Assembly (NCBI GenBank): GCA_045592325.1
Contig: JAZNUM010000058.1
Location: 834 to 64,833 of the forward strand
Direction of reading: 5' to 3'
Source: Candidatus Egerieisoma sp.
Lineage (GTDB): Bacteria > Bacteroidota > Bacteroidia > Bacteroidales > UBA932
Length of the DNA stretch: 64,000 bases
Part shown: piece by piece, positions 56,823-64,000 of the stretch
How positions within the stretch are numbered: the first letter of the stretch is position 1
Layout of the letters: the number at the start of each line of letters is the position of its first letter
Made by a program: the position numbers and the translations under genes
The notes under the pieces: generated by a model
Seen by the model: the letters and a program-made list of their open reading frames with translations, nothing else
What the model was told of the DNA's origin: nothing
Database searches by the model: none

Positions 56823-58319
56823 TCAGTTTTCAGGTTCAACTTCAGGCCCTTTTCTTATTGCCCCCACCATAATCCTTATTTCAATCACCAGGAACAGGGC
56901 AAATATTGCCAAAAATAGGAAAAACGTTGTCTTTACTGCAGCAACACTCACATTGGAAATTGCGACATTTACAGGCAACAGGCCCTGTATAGTCCATGGC
57001 TGCCTTCCCACTTCCGCAACAATCCAACCGGCCTGCCCACATAAATATACCAACGGAATTGAAAGCATTGCAACCCACAACAGCCATCTCTTGCTGTAAA
57101 GATTCTTCTTGTATGCATACCATACGGCAGCCGCAAGGACCAACGCCAGGAACATTCCAAGTCCAACCATAACACGGAAAGCCCAATATACAATCCATAC
57201 AGGAGGAACCACATCTTCAGGAGAGTCCAGATACCCGTATCCCATATACTGCATATTCTCCTCCAGGACAGCCCTTGCCCTGGCAGCCGCCTGAGGATCT
57301 GTATCCTTCAATTGTCTGAACTCTGCCAAAGAACTGAGAGCCAACCTTCCCTTCTCCATCTTTTCGGCAACCGAAGGAATGACATTACCGTCTCCATCAG
57401 TATATCCGTTTATAATATCATTTATGCCTGGGACATAACCGTCAATATCATGGGTAGCCAGAACAGAAAGCATTCCAGGCACTTCAATCCCCGGGACTAT
57501 GCTGAGAGCCACTCTTCTGCCTCCGTTCTCCAATCCCTCTGCTGCAGCCAGTTTCATAGGCTGGAATTCTGCGGCATGAATACCAGATATGTCTCCCGAC
57601 AACATGACAGCACCGGCTCCAACCAATCCTACAGCACCTCCTACCAATGCACTGGCTGTAGCAAACTTCCTCTCCCTTCCCTTAAGAAGATACCAGCAAC
57701 TTATTCCTACAACAAAAACACCGCCGGTAATCCACCCGCTTGTAACTGAATGGAAGAACTTGCTTACAGCCACCGGATTTGTAATCACTTCAAAGAATGC
57801 CTCAACCGAAGCCATCTCACTCCTTACAGTTTCCGGATTGAAGACAGTACCTACCGGATTCTGCATCCACCCGTTGGCAACCAGAATCCAATATGCCGAA
57901 ATGGAAGCGCCAATACCTGTAAGCCATGTTGATGCAAGGTGGAACCGTTTGCTCACCTTCTCCCATCCAAAAAACATAACGGCAAAAAATGTAGCCTCCA
58001 TAAAAAAAGCAAGAATACCCTCTATTGCCAAAGGTGCTCCGAAAATATCCCCAACAAACCATGAATAGTTGCTCCAGTTGGTACCAAATTCAAACTCAAG
58101 GATAATACCCGTTGCTATACCAACTGCAAAATTGATTGCAAAGAGCTTCATCCAGAATTTGGCAGTCTTCTTCCAGAATTCATCACCTTTTACAACATAA
58201 ATTGTTTCCATAACAGCCATAACAATGGCCAATCCAAGAGTAAGCGGGACAAACAGCCAATGGTAACCGGCTGTCACTGCAAATTGTAATCTAGACCAAA
58301 AAACTGCATCCATAATCAC
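56823..58319 (-). CDS. cydA: cytochrome bd ubiquinol oxidase subunit I
   Basis: WSRLQFAVTAGYHWLFVPLTLGL...GWIVAEVGRQPWTIQGLL are CydA motifs. Confidence 0.92.
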   Translation of the reverse strand: MIMDAVFWSRLQFAVTAGYHWLFVPLTLGLAIVMAVMETIYVVKGDEFWKKTAKFWMKLFAINFAVGIATGIILEFEFGTNWSNYSWFVGDIFGAPLAIEGILAFFMEATFFAVMFFGWEKVSKRFHLASTWLTGIGASISAYWILVANGWMQNPVGTVFNPETVRSEMASVEAFFEVITNPVAVSKFFHSVTSGWITGGVFVVGISCWYLLKGRERKFATASALVGGAVGLVGAGAVMLSGDISGIHAAEFQPMKLAAAEGLENGGRRVALSIVPGIEVPGMLSVLATHDIDGYVPGINDIINGYTDGDGNVIPSVAEKMEKGRLALSSLAEFRQLKDTDPQAAARARAVLEENMQYMGYGYLDSPEDVVPPVWIVYWAFRVMVGLGMFLALVLAAAVWYAYKKNLYSKRWLLWVAMLSIPLVYLCGQAGWIVAEVGRQPWTIQGLLPVNVAISNVSVAAVKTTFFLFLAIFALFLVIEIRIMVGAIRKGPEVEPEN

Positions 58320-58321
58320 TG

Positions 58322-58567
58322 CTATTTATCATTATTTGAAGAATCTTGCAAAGCACTCTCTATAAGGTGATTTCCAACCTGTTCACTCTTCTGTTCATCT
58401 GTCATACCATGCATGGCCGGCTTAAAGAAGAACATCCTCAACAAAAGAAAAAGAATTACGACCTTAAGTATTATAAGGCCCCACAACGGCCTTCCCCAGG
58501 TCATATTTCTGAAACCGTCCCTATAAAGTTCCCAGACTTTCCTTATATTACCTCCAATCAAAACCAT
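58322..58567 (-). CDS. DUF4492-type small membrane protein preceding cydAB
   Basis: 81 aa with one TM segment, 2 nt upstream of cydA. This arrangement is conserved in Bacteroidota, as I recall. Confidence 0.55.
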   Translation of the reverse strand: MVLIGGNIRKVWELYRDGFRNMTWGRPLWGLIILKVVILFLLLRMFFFKPAMHGMTDEQKSEQVGNHLIESALQDSSNNDK

Positions 58568-58597
58568 GTGTAAATATAACTAAAATCCACTGTATAA

Positions 58598-58629
58598 CAA
58601 AAAAGGGCGACAAATATGTCACCCTTTTT
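58598..58629 (-). terminator. intrinsic terminator
   Basis: AAGGGCGAC-(6 nt)-GTCACCCTT flanked by an A-run and a T-run. Downstream of the serine hydrolase gene. Confidence 0.7.
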
Positions 58630-58654
58630 AATCATTTTGGCTTTGCAGCAGTTT

Positions 58655-60097
58655 CTAATATATATTCTGTATCTCCTCCAGCATCTCCCACATCTCGTCA
58701 TCGATATCCATACTATAACTGCGGGAATTACAAAGCACCACACCGTTTACATTCCTCTTGGAACGTGCCCAAATTGTACACACACCTGCCAAAGTGCCGC
58801 CATGATACGCTGCCCATGATGTAATATCAGGATAATTTACTCTCCATCCCAATCCATACCTGTCCCAGGCAGCTCCCGACGATGTCTTCATACCTTCTTT
58901 TGCAGTATACATAAGGTCAAGAGTCTCTTTCTTGAAAATATCCGGAACCTTGGTACCATAATCCAAATGTGCCATCAGTTTCATTAGAGCAGGAGTTGAC
59001 GCTATAACGCCACCTGCAGCCACACCTGCCTCCACATCATTGCCATAAGCATTCTTACCGTCCTGTCCATAATATGTAACTTCCATATCCCTTGCATCAC
59101 TTGCATCATTGGCTCCAGCATAAATATCATAAATTTCAATTGGGTCATAAACCTCTTCTTTAAGGAACTCCATAAAGTCTTTACCGCTTACAGCCTCCAC
59201 AACCTTGCCCAAAATTCCGAAATTGGAATTATTGTATGAGAATCTTCCTATTTCGTATCCAGGAACAGCACATCTGTCCAAAAGACGTGCAATTCTCTGC
59301 TCAACTGTCATTCCGCTATAACCTGACACTGAAGGGAAAATACAATCTTCTGAAATACCGGCACTGTGCGACAAAAGATCCCTCAATGTTATCCTCTTCC
59401 ACTCACTGCCCATATCGTTTCCGAATTCATCCTCAAGAAGGCCACCTTCACCGAATACTGTATCATCAAGATCCAGCAGTCCTTTTTCATATAGTGTCAT
59501 GATACCGATTGCAGCATGCTGTTTAGACATACTTGCCAATCTGAACAGATGGTTCTCTGTCACTCTCTCTTTGGTATCCTTGTCTGCAAAACCGTAACCT
59601 GCCGCATAAACTGTCTCCTCATCCTTGCTTACGGCAACTGATACTCCAGGAATACTATGCTTGAGCATAAATGAATACACTTTATTGTCTACTCTACTGT
59701 TTCCATTCCTTACAAGAACAAGATACGAGGCACTTGTACCATTCTCTGCTTTTACAGTTATGGTAACGGTTTTTGAGAAATCCACTGCAGTCACACCGCT
59801 CTGTACAGCTTTACCGTCAGCCTTAACTTCCGCCTTTTCATGAACAGTAAATGTAGGAACCAGATTTGTCAAGGCAACACCCTCTGGAACTGTAACATAA
59901 ACAAGGCCCTTCCCATCATAGCCTGTACATGAACTGGAAAGACTGCTGTTTGATGAGCTCTGGAAACTGAATCTTTTAAGGCTGTTGTCAGATGAAAGCT
60001 CTTGAGGTTCTGCATCTGAAGATCCTTTTGAACAGCCTGCCATAATAAATCCTGCCGACAAAAACAGGAGCGCAAAATTCTTAATGTTAAATTTCAT
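58655..60097 (-). CDS. beta-lactamase-related serine hydrolase lipoprotein
   Basis: Lipobox MAGC. ASMSKQ (SxxK), an N-terminal Ig-like extension and a class C/PBP4*-like length. Confidence 0.75.
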   Translation of the reverse strand: MKFNIKNFALLFLSAGFIMAGCSKGSSDAEPQELSSDNSLKRFSFQSSSNSSLSSSCTGYDGKGLVYVTVPEGVALTNLVPTFTVHEKAEVKADGKAVQSGVTAVDFSKTVTITVKAENGTSASYLVLVRNGNSRVDNKVYSFMLKHSIPGVSVAVSKDEETVYAAGYGFADKDTKERVTENHLFRLASMSKQHAAIGIMTLYEKGLLDLDDTVFGEGGLLEDEFGNDMGSEWKRITLRDLLSHSAGISEDCIFPSVSGYSGMTVEQRIARLLDRCAVPGYEIGRFSYNNSNFGILGKVVEAVSGKDFMEFLKEEVYDPIEIYDIYAGANDASDARDMEVTYYGQDGKNAYGNDVEAGVAAGGVIASTPALMKLMAHLDYGTKVPDIFKKETLDLMYTAKEGMKTSSGAAWDRYGLGWRVNYPDITSWAAYHGGTLAGVCTIWARSKRNVNGVVLCNSRSYSMDIDDEMWEMLEEIQNIY

Positions 60098-60151
60098 ATC
60101 TTAAATTCTTAATAGTAGTCGTTGCAAATCACACAAAAATATAAAATAAAT

Positions 60152-60181
60152 AAAAAAGAGCAACCATTTTTCGGTTGCTCT
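60152..60181 (-). terminator. intrinsic terminator after the tRNA-Asp pair
   Basis: AGAGCAACC-(7 nt)-GGTTGCTCT preceded on the plus strand by A6, which is a T6 tail on the minus strand. Confidence 0.8.
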
Positions 60182-60185
60182 CTTG

Positions 60186-60260
60186 CGGTGCGGACGGGGC
60201 TCGAACCCGCGACCCCCGGCGTGACAGGCCGGTATTCTAACCAAACTGAACTACCGCACC
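60186..60260 (-). tRNA. tRNA-Asp (anticodon GTC), copy 1
   Basis: Reverse complement GGTGCGGTAGTTCAGTTTGGTTAGAATACCGGCCTGTCACGCCGGGGGTCGCGGGTTCGAGCCCCGTCCGCACCG. Anticodon loop CTGTCAC. Confidence 0.9.
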
Positions 60261-60330
60261 AATCCTTATGTCTCCTTCAAAGGCTGCAATGTTGAGGATC
60301 ACAACTTGCACTTGAAATAGTTTTTTACTG

Positions 60331-60405
60331 CGGTGCGGACGGGGCTCGAACCCGCGACCCCCGGCGTGACAGGCCGGTATTCTAACCAAACTGAACTACC
60401 GCACC
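60331..60405 (-). tRNA. tRNA-Asp (anticodon GTC), copy 2
   Basis: Sequence identical to copy 1, 145 nt away. Confidence 0.9.
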
Positions 60406-60463
60406 AGTAGTTGTTTTCCCTTTTGGGATTGCAAATATAGATGTATTTTTTGTTTTTGCAAAA

Positions 60464-61000
60464 TTATTTTTGCCTAAAGAAAGAAAAATGCACATTTCCG
60501 TACTTCCTTTCTTTTACAAAATATGGATGTTCCTCAAAATTATATGTTCCAGGATGCTCCAAAATCAGGTATCCATCCTCATTTACAAGCCCTTTTTCAA
60601 ACACTTTGTCGGGAATGGTATCCAGTCCCTCTATGCTGTATGGAGGGTCAGCAAAAACTATATCAAATCTCTTTGTGCAAATATTTATAAATTCAAACAC
60701 ATTATGGCGAACAACCTGCATTCCCTTTACTTTGTATGCAGTTGCCACTTGCTTTATAAATTTTGCATGAAGGGGATTCATCTCCACACTGACAATATCG
60801 GCACATCCTCTTGAAGCAAACTCCAGGCTTATGCTCCCGGTACCGGAAAACAGATCCAATACTGAGAGATCTTCAATATCATATTCATTTATGAGAATAT
60901 TGAACAGTCCCTCCTTTGCAAAATCTGTGGTAGGTCTGGCACCATAATTAGCCGGTGGTAGGATGTTCTTCCCTTTCAATGATCCTCCAATTATCCTCAT
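60464..61000 (-). CDS. rsmD: 16S rRNA (guanine966-N2)-methyltransferase
   Basis: MRIIGGSLKGKNILPP...RPTTDFAKEGLFNIL...LDLFSGTGSISLE...FADPPY are RsmD motifs. Confidence 0.9.
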   Translation of the reverse strand: MRIIGGSLKGKNILPPANYGARPTTDFAKEGLFNILINEYDIEDLSVLDLFSGTGSISLEFASRGCADIVSVEMNPLHAKFIKQVATAYKVKGMQVVRHNVFEFINICTKRFDIVFADPPYSIEGLDTIPDKVFEKGLVNEDGYLILEHPGTYNFEEHPYFVKERKYGNVHFSFFRQK

Positions 61001-61001
61001 A

Positions 61002-61508
61002 TTACAATAGTGTATTCAAATCGTTTGTCTTAAATCCGCTGAAGAATCTTGTGAAAACATCCTCCTGCTCCCTGCTGGTCTGCCAACATGCCATCACCTC
61101 ACACTGTCTGGGGTTCATCTGCAGCCCTTTTATAGAGAGAAAAAGGAAATACAGTGCACTTTCAAAACTGTCTGCCTTGAATGAGTTTGCAAGTTTCAAT
61201 TCATCACCTGTATATATTACCACATGTGCAAGTTTCTTTTCATGTGAATAATGGAATGCCACTTTATTGTATGCCACCACTTGGGTAGCCTCTTCCAATA
61301 GTTTCAACACAAAAGGAAGAGATTCGTCCTCCGGATTGCCGTCCTGCACATACGCTACAACAGCATTCTCCTTTTCCATATGGAAACTCCCTACAGAAAA
61401 AGGGGCAGTCAAAGAGAATTGCCCAGATAGAGCCCTCTGTGCCAATTCCTTGGAATACACCTCCTTGGGTATAAGTGTAAAATATTCAGATAATATATAC
61501 TTGCCCAT
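61002..61508 (-). CDS. hypothetical protein (possibly DUF3822 family, shorter than usual)
   Basis: Position immediately upstream of rsmD, as in other Bacteroidales. No catalytic motif recognised. Confidence 0.4.
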   Translation of the reverse strand: MGKYILSEYFTLIPKEVYSKELAQRALSGQFSLTAPFSVGSFHMEKENAVVAYVQDGNPEDESLPFVLKLLEEATQVVAYNKVAFHYSHEKKLAHVVIYTGDELKLANSFKADSFESALYFLFLSIKGLQMNPRQCEVMACWQTSREQEDVFTRFFSGFKTNDLNTLL

Positions 61509-61521
61509 AACTCATCAACTG

Positions 61522-61548
61522 AAAAAACCAGCCTTTTGGGCTGGTTTT
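61522..61548 (-). terminator. intrinsic terminator
   Basis: AAAACCAGCC-TTTTG-GGCTGGTTTT with A6/T-run flanks. Confidence 0.8.
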
Positions 61549-61568
61549 CCATATCTTCGCGGTAATGA

Positions 61569-62243
61569 TTACTCCCAGTTACCAGCGTTGTTGTTAGGAG
61601 CATCAACGCTACCTACTTTCAAACCTGGGTATTTTCCAGTATCCTCAGCCTCACATTTAAGGTTGACGATAAGCTGACGGTTCAAACCTACAAGATAATC
61701 CTCAAAAGGCATGCAAGCCTCAAACAAAGGAACATCTACACCAGATACTGATTTTATAACTGCATCCATAATGATAGGTTTACCTGAGAATGGAATGGTT
61801 CTGAGATCTTCAACCTTAAAATCAGTCCTCTTCAACAAAGTATCTTTAACTGGGATATTTACCTCACTTGAGAATACAAGGTTCATACCTTTCTCATATA
61901 GGGCCAACATCTCCTCAGTAGTGATTTTCCTGTTCTTTTTCTTCAAAGCCTGAGTGTTTGCAACAGCTGCAGAGTCATCCATTGAACCAATCTGTTTGAT
62001 AATGGTAACCTGACCATTATTGTAGAAATCGATAAGAGAATCAATGCTTGCAGTAAAATGACCATGTTTGCCCTTGTAAGCATCCTGAAGGTCACGGATG
62101 TCTTTCAAACGTTGAATAGCAATCTTTTCTCTGGCCTTCTGGTCTTTCTGGAACTGTACAGGCTCCTGAACGCTTTGCCAAATGGCGTATACCAAACCGA
62201 CGATAGCCAATGGCAGAATAAGGAATGTTAAAATCTTTTTCAT
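61569..62243 (-). CDS. hypothetical membrane-anchored protein
   Basis: Start taken at MKKILTFLILPLAIVGLVYAI (TM anchor). The longer ORF to 62519 overlaps the divergent nrnA gene and is unlikely. Confidence 0.5.
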   Translation of the reverse strand: MKKILTFLILPLAIVGLVYAIWQSVQEPVQFQKDQKAREKIAIQRLKDIRDLQDAYKGKHGHFTASIDSLIDFYNNGQVTIIKQIGSMDDSAAVANTQALKKKNRKITTEEMLALYEKGMNLVFSSEVNIPVKDTLLKRTDFKVEDLRTIPFSGKPIIMDAVIKSVSGVDVPLFEACMPFEDYLVGLNRQLIVNLKCEAEDTGKYPGLKVGSVDAPNNNAGNWE

Positions 62244-62318
62244 TTTATTATGTGTATATTTTATTAGTCTTTTATCGCACAAAAGTAAAAAATATATTTT
62301 TCCCTTGCAATATATTTT

Positions 62319-62326
62319 TAATTTTG
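62319..62326 (+). promoter_or_regulatory. -7 box TAATTTTG upstream of nrnA
   Basis: TAnnTTTG match 12-24 nt before the candidate TTG (62338) and GTG (62350) starts. Confidence 0.4.
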
Positions 62327-62349
62327 CACCCGTTAAATTGAGAAATAAG

Positions 62350-63366
62350 GTGAATAATATTGAAAATTTATCGCTTCTGGCTACTGCCATCAACAAATCT
62401 GAAGCCATTTTACTGGTAGGACATGTCAATCCCGACGGTGATTCCATAGGTTCCCTTATGGGTATGAAATGGTATCTTGAGACATTGGGCAAAAGTGTTG
62501 CTGCAGTTGTCCCGAACAATTACCCCGATTTTCTGGAATTCCTTGATCCCCAAAAGGAGATATTGATGTATTCCGACTCTCCTGAAGTGGTAAGGCAAAA
62601 AGCGGATACGGCACACCTTATTATATGTATGGATTTCAACTCCCTTAAAAGGATAGATGCACTTGGAGAGGTAATCGCCGGTTCCGGTGCGGAAAAGGTG
62701 CTTATAGACCATCATCCAGGACATGACAATATATTTGGACTTGTATACTCCTATCCGCAGATGTCTTCTACATGTGAGCTTGCATACTGGATTATTAAAG
62801 GGCTGATTGGGTTATACGGTAACTCCCTGCCACACCACTCTGCTGTGGCTCTCTATACCGGAATGATGACCGACACCAACAATTTTGCCAATTCAGTGCT
62901 ACCTTCCACTTTCATGATGGCAGGAGAACTTATGCAAGCCGGTGTTGACAAGGAGTGGGTACAGAAGATGGTTTTTGGAGGTTACAGCGAAAACAGGATG
63001 CGCCTTATGGGATACATGCTTTCCCGGAACATGAAGATTCTGCCACAATACAATGCCGCTGTAATGGTACTTACCAAAGAAATTAAGGAGAAGTTCAATT
63101 TCTCTGACGGAGACTCAGAGGGCTTTGTCAACCTGGCCCTGAATATAAAGAGTGTAAGGGTTTCAGCACTATTTACAGAAGGGGATGAATTCATAAGGGT
63201 ATCTTTGAGATCAAAGGATGATTTCTCGGCAAACAGGCTCAGTCGTGCATATTTCAATGGAGGAGGCCATGAGAGGGCTGCGGGGGGACGGCTGTTCATG
63301 CCTGTAAATGAAGTGGAGGAATATTTTGAAAAATCTCTTGGAGAATTCATTGAAAAAGAAAAATAG
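62350..63366 (+). CDS. nrnA: DHH-family phosphoesterase (oligoribonuclease/pAp phosphatase NrnA)
   Basis: LLVGHVNPDGDSIGS (DHH motif I), ICMDFN, LIDHHPG (DHH) and a C-terminal DHHA1 GGGH. GTG start inferred because the only upstream ATG overlaps the divergent gene. Confidence 0.8.
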   Translation: MNNIENLSLLATAINKSEAILLVGHVNPDGDSIGSLMGMKWYLETLGKSVAAVVPNNYPDFLEFLDPQKEILMYSDSPEVVRQKADTAHLIICMDFNSLKRIDALGEVIAGSGAEKVLIDHHPGHDNIFGLVYSYPQMSSTCELAYWIIKGLIGLYGNSLPHHSAVALYTGMMTDTNNFANSVLPSTFMMAGELMQAGVDKEWVQKMVFGGYSENRMRLMGYMLSRNMKILPQYNAAVMVLTKEIKEKFNFSDGDSEGFVNLALNIKSVRVSALFTEGDEFIRVSLRSKDDFSANRLSRAYFNGGGHERAAGGRLFMPVNEVEEYFEKSLGEFIEKEK

Positions 63367-63381
63367 GCATACCTTTTGTTA

Positions 63382-63389
63382 TAAGTTTG
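63382..63389 (+). promoter_or_regulatory. -7 box TAAGTTTG
   Basis: TAnnTTTG match ending 5 nt before the ATG at 63394. Confidence 0.4.
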
Positions 63390-63393
63390 CACA

Positions 63394-63909
63394 ATGAAAA
63401 AGACAATATTTGCATTACTGGCTGTAATTCTTTTTGCCGCATGCACAAAAGAGGACAGGGAAAACACCATAGTAAACCAGGAAGAGAGCATAGACAGATA
63501 TATATCTTCATTGCAGGGGGTAAGGATATCACGTAATGGAGGGTCAAACAGGATTGTATATACTGAAGGGAGCGGCATTGACTCTCTTGCTGTAGGGGAT
63601 TCCATCATGTTCCATTATGCAGGATATATCTTCTCAGGAAACGGGAAAGGGAGACTGTTTGCGACAAACAGTGAGGATATCGCCTCAGAACACAGTTTCC
63701 CATTGTCGGGAAGCATTGAGAAAAGGGTTCTGAGCGACTCTGACATGATAAGCGGACTGGCCAATGGCCTTCTTGGGGCAAAAAAAGGGGAAAAATGTGA
63801 TGTTGTCTTTTCTGCCAAATACGGATTCAACAATACTGTGGTCTACAACATTCCAAAACTCTCTCCATTAATTTTTGAGGTATGGATTGAGGACATTGTT
63901 AAAAATTAG
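63394..63909 (+). CDS. FKBP-type peptidyl-prolyl isomerase lipoprotein
   Basis: Lipobox LFAAC. GDSIMFHYAGYIF...GLANGLLGAKKGEKCDVVFSAKYGF...LIFEVWIEDI follows the FKBP pattern. Confidence 0.7.
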   Translation: MKKTIFALLAVILFAACTKEDRENTIVNQEESIDRYISSLQGVRISRNGGSNRIVYTEGSGIDSLAVGDSIMFHYAGYIFSGNGKGRLFATNSEDIASEHSFPLSGSIEKRVLSDSDMISGLANGLLGAKKGEKCDVVFSAKYGFNNTVVYNIPKLSPLIFEVWIEDIVKN

Positions 63910-63927
63910 TAGTATATTTGCAGTCTT

Positions 63928-64000
63928 ATGATAAAAATACTGAACAGATTTATTTATATGGCCGTTATGGCCTTGATTCTTACCTCTTGCGCTGAGGATA
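63928..64000 (+). CDS. lipoprotein, 3' end cut by window edge
   Basis: ATG at 63928 after a TATATTTG box at 63913-63920. MIKILNRFIYMAVMALILTSCAED has a lipobox. Confidence 0.45.
   Translation, partial: MIKILNRFIYMAVMALILTSCAED

Noticed and set aside
62182-62349. ATG at 62182 as the nrnA start, and ATG at 62519 as the start of the divergent minus-strand gene.
   Set aside because: The two extensions overlap each other by over 300 nt, cross an AT-rich promoter-like region and encode implausible sequence. The shorter starts (GTG at 62350; ATG at 62243) give a signal anchor and a normal DHH N-terminus.

Overview
This 64-kb segment looks like Bacteroidales (Bacteroidota) chromosome. Supporting signs are DUF4293, a DUF4492-cydAB cluster, a FISUMP-domain lipoprotein, many LxxC lipoprotein signals and TAnnTTTG -7 promoter boxes. 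All calls come from reading the sequence and recalling motifs; no searches were run.

Content is mostly housekeeping, with about 50 protein genes:
- Cell envelope: RapZ-like fragment, NTP-transferase, beta-barrel protein, SLT transglycosylase, FtsX/LolE permease, mtgA, an amidase.
- An orphan GT2 + Wzx pair next to tRNA-Gly.
- AraC regulator + TonB-dependent receptor.
- A three-gene RND efflux operon.
- eno, M28 and M13 peptidases.
- uvrA, uvrB, relA/spoT.
- A cobU-cobT-cobS-cobC nucleotide-loop operon.
- asnA, cstA, glsA, cydAB, rsmD, nrnA, FKBP isomerases.
- tRNA-Gly(CCC) and two tandem tRNA-Asp(GTC).

I saw no rRNA, CRISPR array, prophage or recognisable defence island.

Observations most worth follow-up:
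1. A 27-codon ORF with 7 Asn codons, followed by an intrinsic terminator, sits directly upstream of asnA. Alternative pairings fit a classical ribosome-mediated attenuator.
2. The oligomer TCCCGAC(R) occurs at least 46 times on both strands and in several reading frames. Roughly 6-8 are expected by chance. This resembles uptake-signal or HIP1-like genome-wide motifs.
3. A RAYT-like HUH/Y1 transposase-family gene has a C-terminus resembling a DnaA domain IV HTH. It is bracketed by two ~164-bp direct repeats with terminal inverted repeats, a long imperfect hairpin and DnaA-box-like 9-mers. A 26-bp x4 tandem array lies beside it.
4. cobU carries in-frame 30-bp and 21-bp tandem repeats.
5. A GC-rich, highly self-complementary ~120-nt non-coding element lies between uvrA and the M13 peptidase gene.
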